Shown: piece after piece, positions 50,982-60,829 of the stretch | How the letters are laid out: every line of letters starts with the position of its first letter | How positions within the stretch are numbered: position 1 is the stretch's first letter | DNA from: a bacterium | GTDB taxonomy: Bacteria > Electryoneota > Electryoneia > Electryoneales > Electryoneaceae | Assembly: GCA_019912845.1 (NCBI GenBank) | Contig: JAIOHU010000137.1 | Coordinates: 20,765 to 84,764 of the forward strand | Direction of reading: 5' to 3' | DNA: 64,000 nt | The notes under the pieces: generated by a model | Databases searched by the model: none | Told to the model about the DNA's origin: nothing | Seen by the model: only the letters and a program-made list of their open reading frames with translations | Position numbers and translations under genes: made by a program

Positions 50982-51082
50982 TTAGTCGGATAACACATAA
51001 ATATTATGAGCGGATAATTTTGAAAAGTTGAGATCAAACATATCAAATTAAGTGAACAGGGCTTATACAAAGGGAGGGTAAA

Positions 51083-51967
51083 ATGGCTATACAGAAATTC
51101 GCAGTGATCGGTACGGGCACCATGGGTAATGGAATTGCTCAGGTTGCAGCTCAGACTGGTTTGGATGTATTCGCAATTGATATCAAGCAGGAGTTCCTTG
51201 ACCGTGCAAAAGCTACCGTCGAAAAGAATCTGGGACGAATGGTCAAGAAAGAAAAAATCACCCAGGCAGACGCGGATGCAACTGTAGGTCGTATTACATT
51301 CACAACAGATATGAATGTGATAAAGGAAGCTGACTTTGTTGTTGAAGCTGCGACAGAAAACACAGACCTCAAGTTTAAAATTTTCAAGCAACTCGATGAA
51401 CTGGCAAAACCAGATGTGATCCTGGCATCTAACACCTCTACCATCTCAATCACTGAAATTGCCGCAAACACAAACCGTGCGGACAAGGTGATCGGCATGC
51501 ATTTCATGAATCCAGTGCCGATGATGAAGCTGGTGGAAGTGATCAACGGTCTGGCGACTTCAGATGAAACCTATGCTGTTGTAAAAGAGCTTTCAGAAAA
51601 GATGGGGAAGACTCCTATCCTGGTGAATGACTATCCCGGTTTCGTAGCCAACCGTATCTTAATGCCCATGATTAACGAAGCGGTTTATGCGTTGATGGAA
51701 GGGGTCGGTGGTGTTGCGGAGATTGACGGCGTCATGAAGCTTGGTATGGCACACCCCATGGGGCCATTACGTCTCGCCGATCTGATCGGTAATGATGTTT
51801 GTCTTGCGATTATGGAAGTATTGCATGACGGTTTGGGTGATTCTAAATATCGTCCATGTCCACTGTTGCGGAAGATGGTAGCAGCAGGCTTCCTCGGAAA
51901 CAAGACAGGCAAGGGATTCTATGATTACAGCGAGGACCCGAGAAATCCGACTCCGTTGTCTTTTTAA
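51083..51967 (+). CDS. hbd: 3-hydroxybutyryl-CoA dehydrogenase
   Basis: [38 protein letters not shown]. Confidence 0.94.
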   Translation: MAIQKFAVIGTGTMGNGIAQVAAQTGLDVFAIDIKQEFLDRAKATVEKNLGRMVKKEKITQADADATVGRITFTTDMNVIKEADFVVEAATENTDLKFKIFKQLDELAKPDVILASNTSTISITEIAANTNRADKVIGMHFMNPVPMMKLVEVINGLATSDETYAVVKELSEKMGKTPILVNDYPGFVANRILMPMINEAVYALMEGVGGVAEIDGVMKLGMAHPMGPLRLADLIGNDVCLAIMEVLHDGLGDSKYRPCPLLRKMVAAGFLGNKTGKGFYDYSEDPRNPTPLSF

Positions 51968-52082
51968 GAAAGAATTGAGAAGTTAAAGTTGTTTTTTTGC
52001 TGATTGCTGGACGGAAAACATTCTGTCCAGCAATCGTGTTCATCTTTTGCATAGTACCAACAGAGACAGATTCTGAGGGTCT

Positions 52083-52583
52083 ATGAAAGCGAAACTTGGT
52101 ATATGTCTGCTGTTCGTTGTGGTGGCTTGGTTAATAAGTTGTGACCGCAACTCGGTTACTCCTGATGATTATCCACAGGATTCACCACCCGGCGAGGAGC
52201 ACCCGGATAGCTCAAACTTCGCCCAGAGCCTACCGGGATCATACTGGGCTGAACCTATGCAACGGTTTCAGCGACGGTATTATTTTCGTGACGAACACGA
52301 GGGTGAGTTGCATTATTTCGGTGCTCACGAAGGCTATATTATTTCTGTGCATGAACATAGATGGAATGCTGTTGGAGATTCGATAATTTTCTTCACTCCA
52401 TTTTCAGGCAGAATACGGACTGATGATGGCGATAATTGGCAGGATATTGCGGAGGACCAGATGGATGAGCCCTACTGGTACGACACAAAATTTTCTGTGA
52501 ATGGCGACACGATGTACTTTTGGAATGATTATCTTGAGGAGAACGAAGAATTTATCAGGCAGGATTATATTCTTGATCCATGA
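52083..52583 (+). CDS. Lipoprotein of unknown function
   Basis: Lipobox LISC, Pro/Asp-rich linker, beta-rich acidic domain. Confidence 0.75.
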   Translation: MKAKLGICLLFVVVAWLISCDRNSVTPDDYPQDSPPGEEHPDSSNFAQSLPGSYWAEPMQRFQRRYYFRDEHEGELHYFGAHEGYIISVHEHRWNAVGDSIIFFTPFSGRIRTDDGDNWQDIAEDQMDEPYWYDTKFSVNGDTMYFWNDYLEENEEFIRQDYILDP

Positions 52584-52770
52584 ACAAAAAATGCTCAGCA
52601 AGTTCAGGGTTGATTTAGGGTATGACAGGTGATGACTGACTGAATGATTAGATATTGATAATACTAATGTCAATTATCCGTCTCGCATGGCGACGAGGAC
52701 ACACGACATGAATCAAGAAACGCAACAACACGATTACAACTGAAATTAAACTTTTAGATTGAGGACAGAC

Positions 52771-53916
52771 ATGGACTTCCGTTTGACCGAAGAGCAAGAG
52801 ATGGTACGCCAGATGGCGCGTGATTTTGCTGAAAAGGAATTGGCGCCTGGTGTTGCGGAACGTGATGAGAAATGCGAATATCCGCGTGAAGAAGTAAAAA
52901 AATTAGCGGAACTCGGTTTCTTTGGCATGGTGATACCAGAAGAGCTGGGGGGCGCAGGTTTTGATACTGTTGCCTATGTTGCAGCTCTGGAAGAATTGGC
53001 GAGGATAGATGCGTCAACGGAGATTATTATCTCGGTTCACAACAGTCTGGTCAGCTATCCTCTGGTCAAATTCGGAAGCGATTATATAAAACAGGAATTC
53101 CTTTCCAAGCTGGCAAGTGGTGAATGGCTGGGTGCATTCGCTTTAACAGAACCTGGTTCTGGTTCTGATGCTGGTGCGATGAAAACACGCGCGGTCAGGG
53201 ACGGTGATGATTGGATTTTGAATGGCTCAAAAAACTTTATCACCAGCGGTGAGAATTGTGATTGTTATTTACTGATGGCGGTTACTGATCCCCAACAGGG
53301 AACCAAGGGAACCAGCGCATTTGTTATTCCCAAGAACACACCGGGAATCATTCCTGGAAAACACGAAGAGAAAATGGGAATTCGTGCTACCGACACCATT
53401 TCCCTCACCTTACAAGATGCAAGAATTTCAGATAAAAATCTTGTTGGCAAACATGGCGATGGCTTTAAAATCGCATTGACCGCACTTGATAGTGGACGGT
53501 TAGGTGTTGCAGCTCAAGCAGTTGGAATTGCACAAGCCTGCATAGAAGAATCAATAAAGTATTCGCAGGAACGTCATCAATTTGGCAAACCAATCGGATC
53601 ATTCCAGGCGATCAGAAATAAACTCGCGGATATGACCATGAAGCTAAACGCCAGCCGTTGGTTGCTTTATCATGCTGCATGGAAAAAAGATCAGGGTGAA
53701 CGTTATACTCAGCAAGCAGCAATGGCTAAAGTATTCTGCAGCGAGACAGCAACATTCTGTGCATTGGAAGCCATACAGATTCACGGTGGATACGGATATG
53801 TCAAAGAGTATCCAGTGGAACGTTTCCTCAGGGATGCAAAAATCACTGAGATTTACGAAGGCACCAATGAAGTGCAGAGGATTGTCATCGGACGTGCTCT
53901 TTTCGATGAAATGTAA
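52771..53916 (+). CDS. Acyl-CoA dehydrogenase (butyryl-CoA dehydrogenase-like)
   Basis: FALTEPGSGSDA, QIHGGYGY, RDAKITEIYEGTNEVQR. Confidence 0.95.
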   Translation: MDFRLTEEQEMVRQMARDFAEKELAPGVAERDEKCEYPREEVKKLAELGFFGMVIPEELGGAGFDTVAYVAALEELARIDASTEIIISVHNSLVSYPLVKFGSDYIKQEFLSKLASGEWLGAFALTEPGSGSDAGAMKTRAVRDGDDWILNGSKNFITSGENCDCYLLMAVTDPQQGTKGTSAFVIPKNTPGIIPGKHEEKMGIRATDTISLTLQDARISDKNLVGKHGDGFKIALTALDSGRLGVAAQAVGIAQACIEESIKYSQERHQFGKPIGSFQAIRNKLADMTMKLNASRWLLYHAAWKKDQGERYTQQAAMAKVFCSETATFCALEAIQIHGGYGYVKEYPVERFLRDAKITEIYEGTNEVQRIVIGRALFDEM

Positions 53917-53943
53917 ATTTTCAGTTGTGATTGGAAAGTACAG

Positions 53944-54504
53944 ATGCCGTTGATCTATCTGGCGCGTCATGGAGAATCAGAAGCGAACCTTGGCAGTTGG
54001 ATTTCCAGTTGGACTGATGTATCCTTAACATTGAAGGGTCAGGAAGACGCGGCCCTGCTGGCAGAAGACCTGAAGAAGAATCATTTCGAGGGAATTTTAT
54101 CCAGCGACCTGAAACGCGCAAAAGAAACAGCGGCGATTATCGCAGCCAGGTTGAACCTTGAGCATCAAACAACCAGCGGTTTGCGGGAAAGAAATTTTGG
54201 CATTTACACGGGTCGAACCTTCAAACAGATGGAACAGAAACACAGCAGGGAGTGGCGCAGGATATTTGAGGATAAAGACGCTGCACCTGAAGGGGGCGAG
54301 AGCCTTGAACAGCTTCAAAATCGTGCAGTGGAGGCTTTGAACAGCTATTCCCGTCATTGGAAAAAATGTTATCTGGTGATTTCACACTTTTGTACGATTG
54401 GTAGTCTTCTAGGATATCTGGATGGCAAGGTCTATAATAAGGAACTAGTACCTTACAAAACGAAAGATTTCCTTACGATCGACTGGAAGGTGCGGGACGA
54501 GTGA
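53944..54504 (+). CDS. Histidine phosphatase family protein
   Basis: LARHGES, SSDLKRAKETA, LRERNFG, GGES, ISH. Confidence 0.92.
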   Translation: MPLIYLARHGESEANLGSWISSWTDVSLTLKGQEDAALLAEDLKKNHFEGILSSDLKRAKETAAIIAARLNLEHQTTSGLRERNFGIYTGRTFKQMEQKHSREWRRIFEDKDAAPEGGESLEQLQNRAVEALNSYSRHWKKCYLVISHFCTIGSLLGYLDGKVYNKELVPYKTKDFLTIDWKVRDE

Positions 54505-54584
54505 TGAGTCTCAGCAAAATGATTAGTTTGGATATATGTTTCTTAAGCAATAGATACTAACGATAAAGCGTAACGGGAGGTAAC

Positions 54585-55517
54585 ATGGGTTTTGATGGCA
54601 GCGGAAAGATATGGATGTCCGGCAAATTGGTGGACTGGAACGATGCTACGGTTCATGTTGGTTCACATGTTTTACATTACGGCAGCAGTATTTTTGAAGG
54701 AATAAGGATGTATGACACACCGAAAGGGAGTGCCATTTTTCGTCTCAAAGAGCACATTCAACGTCTCTTCAACTCTGCTAAAATTTACCGTATGGAAATC
54801 CCATATACATTTGACCAGATTTTGGATGCCTGTCTTGAAACACTGAAAGCGAACGGTGATCATGACGCATATCTACGTCCAATTGTCTATCGTGGATATA
54901 AGGCATTGGCAGTTGATCCTCGTCCCTGCCCGGTAGAAGTGTCGATCATGACCTGGCGTTGGGGAAAGTATCTCGGGGATGATGCCTTGGAAAAAGGCGT
55001 TGATGTTTGTGTTTCCACCTGGACACGTATGGCTCCAAACACATTCCCTGCTCTGGCGAAATGTGGTGCAAACTATATGAACAGCCAGTTGATCAAGCAG
55101 GAAGCGATTGCCAATGGTTATGTGGAAGGCATTGCGCTCGACGCAACCGGATATGTGTCTGAAGGATCCGGAGAAAACCTGTTTGTAGTATGGGATGATA
55201 AACTACTGACCCCACCCCTGGGAAACAGTGTGCTGCCGGGTATTACACGTGACACAATCATTAAGCTCGCACGAGACATGGGCATCGAAGTTGTTGAACA
55301 GATGATCCCACGTGAGATGTTGTACATCGCTCAGGAAGTATTTTTCACTGGCAGTGCGGCAGAAGTGAGTCCAATTCGCTCTGTTGACAAGATCGTTGTT
55401 GGGGAGGGCAAACGCGGCCCTATCACTCAAAAGTTGCAGGAACGGTATTTCGAGGTGATAAACGGCGAGTGTGAAGACAAGTATAACTGGCTAACACCAG
55501 TCAAATTCCAGGATTAA
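54585..55517 (+). CDS. ilvE: Branched-chain amino acid aminotransferase
   Basis: HVLHYGSSIFEGIR, AKCGANY, EGSGENLF, LPGITR. Confidence 0.96.
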   Translation: MGFDGSGKIWMSGKLVDWNDATVHVGSHVLHYGSSIFEGIRMYDTPKGSAIFRLKEHIQRLFNSAKIYRMEIPYTFDQILDACLETLKANGDHDAYLRPIVYRGYKALAVDPRPCPVEVSIMTWRWGKYLGDDALEKGVDVCVSTWTRMAPNTFPALAKCGANYMNSQLIKQEAIANGYVEGIALDATGYVSEGSGENLFVVWDDKLLTPPLGNSVLPGITRDTIIKLARDMGIEVVEQMIPREMLYIAQEVFFTGSAAEVSPIRSVDKIVVGEGKRGPITQKLQERYFEVINGECEDKYNWLTPVKFQD

Positions 55518-55530
55518 ATCACATAATTTT

Positions 55531-55637
55531 ACGGGACCGACCTGGGCACCATCTACTTTCACAATTTTCAATGCAGAATTGCATTGATCTGTTTGTGGGA
55601 GTAAAATAAGAAGAATCAAGGTCGGTTCCGTTTTTTT
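55531..55637 (+). ncRNA. Candidate structured RNA or attenuator upstream of nusB
   Basis: Three nested stems (13, 11 and 8 bp) with G-U pairs that work only on +, followed by a T run. Confidence 0.45.
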
Positions 55638-55657
55638 ATTTTAACAGGGAGAATAAC

Positions 55658-56554
55658 ATGCAGGTTGGCGGTGCAAACAGCCGTCATGAGGGACGAATTC
55701 GTGCCCTGCAAGTGCTCTATGCAATTGAGGTTGGTGAACATCCAGCATTGGAAGCCTTTGACTCTCTGTTCTCTCTTGATTTTCGTGCGGACGATATCCG
55801 CAACTGGCAGAAGTACGTAAAAAAACTCTTTCAAGACAGTCAACTTGAAAAGGCGAATCCAGCACAACGAATCTGGTCTTCCTTTGGGGATGCACTGAAA
55901 GCTGATTTGGAAGCTTCGTTGACTGAGGAATCGTTTCCAAAAGAGTTGAAAGAAGTTCTCCTTGACCATTTTAATGATCTGCTCTGCAAACGGACGTTTT
56001 ATTCCTCCGCGCATTGGGATTCAACCAAAATCCCTGCGGAAACAAAACCATTGCTCGAACAGGGAATGCAAAGGTTGTCCGAACAGGGGGTAAAACGTGC
56101 GAATCGAGCATTAATCGAATGCGCACATCCTCAGCACATACTGAAATGTCATTATGATTTTGTAAGAGCTCTCGTGATTGAAACTGACCGTCATCGTGAG
56201 GAATTGGACGGTTTGATTGAGAGTAAGTCACAACGCTGGGATTTACGACGCATCGCACTCATGGATCATCTGATCCTGCGAGCGGCAATCTGTGAGTTTT
56301 TTCATCTGCCGGATGTGCCACCGAAGGTTACGATCAACGAAGCGATTGAAGTGTCAAAGGCATTCAGCACCGATCAGTCAGGTGGTTTCATTAACGGAAT
56401 ACTCGATTCGATCTATATACAAAATGAAGCGGATATCCGTCGCTTGAAGAATAATCAGGGAAATACTCCAGTTTCTAATTCAAAGGCTTCAGAGAAGCAT
56501 AAAGGCAAAAGAGCGGGAAAATCCCACGAGAGTACTAAATCAAATCCTGAATAA
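55658..56554 (+). CDS. nusB: Transcription antitermination factor NusB with ~120-aa insertion
   Basis: SRHEGRIRALQVLY; WDLRRIALMDHLILR, VPPKVTINEAIE, FINGILD. Confidence 0.9.
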   Translation: MQVGGANSRHEGRIRALQVLYAIEVGEHPALEAFDSLFSLDFRADDIRNWQKYVKKLFQDSQLEKANPAQRIWSSFGDALKADLEASLTEESFPKELKEVLLDHFNDLLCKRTFYSSAHWDSTKIPAETKPLLEQGMQRLSEQGVKRANRALIECAHPQHILKCHYDFVRALVIETDRHREELDGLIESKSQRWDLRRIALMDHLILRAAICEFFHLPDVPPKVTINEAIEVSKAFSTDQSGGFINGILDSIYIQNEADIRRLKNNQGNTPVSNSKASEKHKGKRAGKSHESTKSNPE

Positions 56555-56556
56555 AA

Positions 56557-57252
56557 TTGTTTAACGCGGAGCCTGTTTTGAAATACGCTTTTATCTCAGA
56601 CATTCACGGAAATCTGCACGCGTTAACCACAGTTCTTGAACATATAGAGAACGAAAATGTTGACCAGATCGTATGCCTCGGAGACCTGGTGGGATATGGC
56701 GCATTCCCCAATGAGGTGATTGAAGCAGTTAAAAGTGTTACAGACATTGTAATTGCAGGCAACCACGATCATGCTGCATTGGGGTTAACAGATATCAGAG
56801 CTTTTAACCAGTATGCATTTCAAGCAGCTCTCTGGACAAGAAAAACATTAACAGAAGAAAACCGTCAGTACCTCTTGAACCTCCCGCTAAGCCACCAGGA
56901 AAAAGACCTGTACTTTGTTCATGCCAGTCCAGTCCAACCGGAACAGTGGTTCTACATTTTTTCTGATTACGATGCCGAGCATGCCATGCGTTACGCACCC
57001 ACGAGCACAGTATTTGTCGGGCACACTCATGTGCCGCGAGACCATCGTACCCGCCGTGGCAGATTAATTAATGTCGGTTCGGTTGGTCAGCCTCGAGATG
57101 GTAACCCAGAAGCAGCCTATACACTATTTGACTCTGAAAGTGGCGAGAGACGGTTGATGAGAGTTGAGTATGATGTTCATGCTGCAGGCAAAGCGATACT
57201 GGAGGCGGGATTGCCTCAATTTCTCGCAGAAAGAATTCTAGCGGGACGTTAG
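56557..57252 (+). CDS. Metallophosphoesterase (YfcE-like); start may be TTG 56578
   Basis: SDIHGN, GDLVGYG, GNHD, GHTH, NVGSVGQPRD. Confidence 0.93.
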   Translation: MFNAEPVLKYAFISDIHGNLHALTTVLEHIENENVDQIVCLGDLVGYGAFPNEVIEAVKSVTDIVIAGNHDHAALGLTDIRAFNQYAFQAALWTRKTLTEENRQYLLNLPLSHQEKDLYFVHASPVQPEQWFYIFSDYDAEHAMRYAPTSTVFVGHTHVPRDHRTRRGRLINVGSVGQPRDGNPEAAYTLFDSESGERRLMRVEYDVHAAGKAILEAGLPQFLAERILAGR

Positions 57253-57255
57253 GGG

Positions 57256-58125
57256 TTAGCTATTTGTTTCCTTCACTGGCTCCTCCGATTCTGCAGCCAC
57301 TACGGGCATTGGAAGCACATTACGACCACTGTCGTGCAACTGCTGTCTGAGGTCACGAATGGCATCTATCATTCTATCTGAAATCGCTTGATACACCGCT
57401 CGACTTTCCTCTTTTTCGTATAAATCGGACATATCAACAGGATCGCCCACTATGAACGCAACTTTTTTCCCAATATGTAAACGATGTGTACCGATGGGTA
57501 AGAGTTGCTGCGATCCCTCATGATAACAGGGGATCACTTTCACTTTGGTCTGATATGCCAGCCTGCCAACACCAGCTTTTCCACGGTTAATATCACCAGT
57601 ACGTGAACGAGTACCTTCTGGATAAATATGTACGATAGCTTTCCCCTGGAGAAGCTGAGCGAGACGTCTCATTCCAGGCTGAAAAACACCATGCCCTCTG
57701 GTAAGAGGAACACACTGTGCCTTTTTCATTATGAATGTAAAAAATGGTCCAAGGAAAAAATTCTGTTCTTCAGGAGCGTGCCAGGGAAAATATCTGAGTT
57801 TTGTAAAGCCAATAGGCAGAAAAAGAAGTGCCCCCATGAACATATCATCGAACATGGTTAAATGGTTGGAAACAAAGAGATAAGGCAAAGAATTTTCTTT
57901 CAGTTTTTCTCTGCCGTATACACGAACCTTATTAAAAAATTTCAAGTAAAACATGGTGGGTATAGCAAGGATTGAAACTTGTACAATCCAAGACAAAACT
58001 TTATTGACGGGACCGCTTGTCCAGGATGCAATCTCTTCAATACGTTTCTGAGCCTCTTCCGGGCTACGGACAGCGGGCGGTCGTTTACCCAGTTTTTGTA
58101 GATCCGAAAAATGTAACAGTTTCAT
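57256..58125 (-). CDS. Lysophospholipid acyltransferase (PlsC/tafazzin-like)
   Basis: NHLTMFD (NHx4D), YPEGTRS, KAGVGRL. Confidence 0.9.
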   Translation of the reverse strand: MKLLHFSDLQKLGKRPPAVRSPEEAQKRIEEIASWTSGPVNKVLSWIVQVSILAIPTMFYLKFFNKVRVYGREKLKENSLPYLFVSNHLTMFDDMFMGALLFLPIGFTKLRYFPWHAPEEQNFFLGPFFTFIMKKAQCVPLTRGHGVFQPGMRRLAQLLQGKAIVHIYPEGTRSRTGDINRGKAGVGRLAYQTKVKVIPCYHEGSQQLLPIGTHRLHIGKKVAFIVGDPVDMSDLYEKEESRAVYQAISDRMIDAIRDLRQQLHDSGRNVLPMPVVAAESEEPVKETNS

Positions 58126-58237
58126 AAGTTCAGTAAAAGTGATGTTAGATTAAATGCCATTGTTCAACAAATAGAATGAGTCAAGACATTGTTGACCCAA
58201 ACAAATTTCAGCTACAACTACGACAGTTGTATCTCGA

Positions 58238-59803
58238 TCAACCCCTCTGAATTTCACACCCGGGATAGTAGTGCAATAAAATATCTTTCCAATCCCAGCC
58301 TTCTTCCGCCAAAGCGTTTGCGCCTAACTGACACATCCCAACTCCATGACCCCAACCGAGACCTTTGAACACAAAATCTGAGCCCTCTTTCTGGACGACA
58401 AAGGCACTACTGGGAAGATGAGTTTCAGAGAGCAGACGTCTGATTTTCAGCTCTTTTCCCAAAGAAAATGTTTTATGCTCAGCGTGTATCCTGATAAAAA
58501 TGATACGACCGGACTTCCCCCTTTTCAAGGGTTCAATCTGCTCGATCTTCCCGACTTTCAGACCAATACGATTTTGGATCAACTCCTGAATTTCATTCTG
58601 TGTCAGTCGTTCCTCCCAGACAAACAAGCCTTCCATCTCTTTGGACGAGGCAGGGTATGGATGCGTGAATGGATTGCAGGCAGCAGTAACCGAAGGGGCA
58701 TTCTGGTACTTTACGAATTGTTCGTCAGTTTGAAGATCAAAATGATGATTTTCAGTTGAATCGGCAATGGAACCTGAATGAACACATGGAACAGGCACCA
58801 TATAAGGAATTTTCCAATCTTCCCATGCCACAGCGTAATTGTCGCTCATCCCACCGCAGGTTTTTGCATAGCGTGTATCCGCCAGCGAGTTGCCAAAAGT
58901 CATGAAGGAATATTCTGTAAGCGTAAGCGCTTTCCAGGCAAGTGAGCTCTCACGGCTTTTTCCACGATAACATTGACAGTGATCATCGTGACAAAGGTCA
59001 AAGCCTTCAGCGTGGTGATGACGACCTCTCGTTGCCAAAATTGTCGAATGAGCGGCGACAGCCTGCGCAGCTAGAGCGTGCAAATGCCAGTCGGGACGCA
59101 TTTCGCTACCAAGTAATGATGCAAGATAGAAGGGAATTTCGATTTCATTAACAGCAGTCAGCAGGTTACCGTCAACAAAAACATTAAGCGCACCACGGAA
59201 GGGAATAGATTCCCTGTGGTCCCAATGGAAATCAATCCCGATCTGGATATCATCTATTCGGAAAACATCCTCTCTTGAGGAAGGTTCAAGGTAGAAGGGG
59301 GATGGCAACACTGAAGTTTCACCGGTATCCATATCCGTTAAGACGATCTCCCCACCTGCTGGTGGTTCAAAACGGATTGGATCAGGAAACAGAAATTCAT
59401 CAGAATATTTTTTCAAGCCTGCGACATCAGGTAATTCGTCCAGAAAATCAGACCCCAGGGTTAGTACATCGGCTCTTGTGTTCCAGTTTCCAGCCGCGAC
59501 TGTCCAGACATCGCTGGTTAACTTACGGTAGGATTTGCCTAACCGGAGAATCTCTGTCTCTAGTCCGGTTTCGTTCAGAGAATGTTGATAGATAGTGGCG
59601 TTTTTGACATCCTGAAATGAGCGTAGACGTAACCCCCAGCGTGCACCTGTTGAAGGTGAAGCCACACGTAACTCGTACGTCCGACCCGGGAAAACAGGAA
59701 ACGATCCTGTATACTTACCTTCAACCTGGAAACGCACAAACTCAGCATGCTGGCTGACACTTGTGCTTATGTGTTCGCTGTTTATGGGAACGCTGGCTTC
59801 CAT
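58238..59803 (-). CDS. SpoIID/LytB domain lytic transglycosylase
   Basis: LGSEM..ALAAQAVA, DLCHDDHCQCYRG, GWGHGVGMCQLGA, ILLHYYPG. Confidence 0.9.
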   Translation of the reverse strand: MEASVPINSEHISTSVSQHAEFVRFQVEGKYTGSFPVFPGRTYELRVASPSTGARWGLRLRSFQDVKNATIYQHSLNETGLETEILRLGKSYRKLTSDVWTVAAGNWNTRADVLTLGSDFLDELPDVAGLKKYSDEFLFPDPIRFEPPAGGEIVLTDMDTGETSVLPSPFYLEPSSREDVFRIDDIQIGIDFHWDHRESIPFRGALNVFVDGNLLTAVNEIEIPFYLASLLGSEMRPDWHLHALAAQAVAAHSTILATRGRHHHAEGFDLCHDDHCQCYRGKSRESSLAWKALTLTEYSFMTFGNSLADTRYAKTCGGMSDNYAVAWEDWKIPYMVPVPCVHSGSIADSTENHHFDLQTDEQFVKYQNAPSVTAACNPFTHPYPASSKEMEGLFVWEERLTQNEIQELIQNRIGLKVGKIEQIEPLKRGKSGRIIFIRIHAEHKTFSLGKELKIRRLLSETHLPSSAFVVQKEGSDFVFKGLGWGHGVGMCQLGANALAEEGWDWKDILLHYYPGCEIQRG

Positions 59804-59805
59804 GA

Positions 59806-60816
59806 TTACGCCGTAGTGTTAATATTGGTGCCGGAATCACCGCTTGGTCCATGACCACCCAGACCATCACGCTCGGCATTTTCAAATAGACGTTTCAGGC
59901 TGAAATATAAGACAACCCCTGCGATAACCAACCACCAGGGTGCAATATGCCCTTTGAAAACATACCACTCTGGATCGGTGGTGCCGTATTTATTCGTTAG
60001 CAAAAGCCCTAAAGTGTTGTTCACTGCATGAATAACAACTGAGGGTAGAATGGATTCAACTCGCCAGGCGACAGCGCCGAGAATTGTTGCCAGAATCAGA
60101 ATTGGCAATAGAAAATACATGTTGGCATGTACAAAAGCGAAGATTGCACTTGTAGCCAGTACCCCCGAAGTTACGCCCCGGTTTCGTTCAAACCAACGTT
60201 GCGTTAAGCCACGAAAAATAGCTTCTTCAGTGAAGGGCGCAATAACGCAGATCGTTAGAAACAATACCAGAAATTCTTGAAAGTTAGAATAGGAAAGCAT
60301 TTTTGCCATCTGCTCGCCCATTGCGTCGGGAATGGGTTGAATCAAATCAACGATTCTAGTTAATTCATCGCCAATAACAGCAATCGACAGTCCGATAAAT
60401 GCCCCGTAAACCAGATAGGAGGGCTGAACTGGTCGAATCCTTAAATGGATAAAAGCCGGAAGCCGTCTTGTTCTCAAGAATAGTAACGCGGGGAATAGAA
60501 TAATAAGCTGATTCATCATCCACAGGAGTTGCATATATAATGGCCACGCTCCAACTCCCGCACTGATTTTATCCAGCATCAAATTTATCAGATGATCTTG
60601 ATTATCCAGAATTACCTGCGGGTCAGGGACACTTCCATACTCATCAATCACAGTTTCAAATAGTGCTGCGAAATAAAAGGTGGACGACATAAGCACAAAG
60701 GCAATCAAGGTCAAAAGAAGCACGAAAAACAGTGATCGTCCACTAAATTCAGCTAAGGGACTATTAGACGGTTGATTGTTGTTGCTTTGATTTGAATTGT
60801 TATCTGGTGTTTGCAT
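59806..60816 (-). CDS. CPBP/Abi family intramembrane metalloprotease
   Basis: APFTEEAIFRG, FAFVH, HAVNN. Confidence 0.9.
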   Translation of the reverse strand: MQTPDNNSNQSNNNQPSNSPLAEFSGRSLFFVLLLTLIAFVLMSSTFYFAALFETVIDEYGSVPDPQVILDNQDHLINLMLDKISAGVGAWPLYMQLLWMMNQLIILFPALLFLRTRRLPAFIHLRIRPVQPSYLVYGAFIGLSIAVIGDELTRIVDLIQPIPDAMGEQMAKMLSYSNFQEFLVLFLTICVIAPFTEEAIFRGLTQRWFERNRGVTSGVLATSAIFAFVHANMYFLLPILILATILGAVAWRVESILPSVVIHAVNNTLGLLLTNKYGTTDPEWYVFKGHIAPWWLVIAGVVLYFSLKRLFENAERDGLGGHGPSGDSGTNINTTA

Positions 60817-60829
60817 AAGGGAGAAGGCT

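Noticed and set aside
52169-52177. Perfect DnaA box TTATCCACA
   Set aside because: Single copy inside a coding region far from the clusters; expected by chance.
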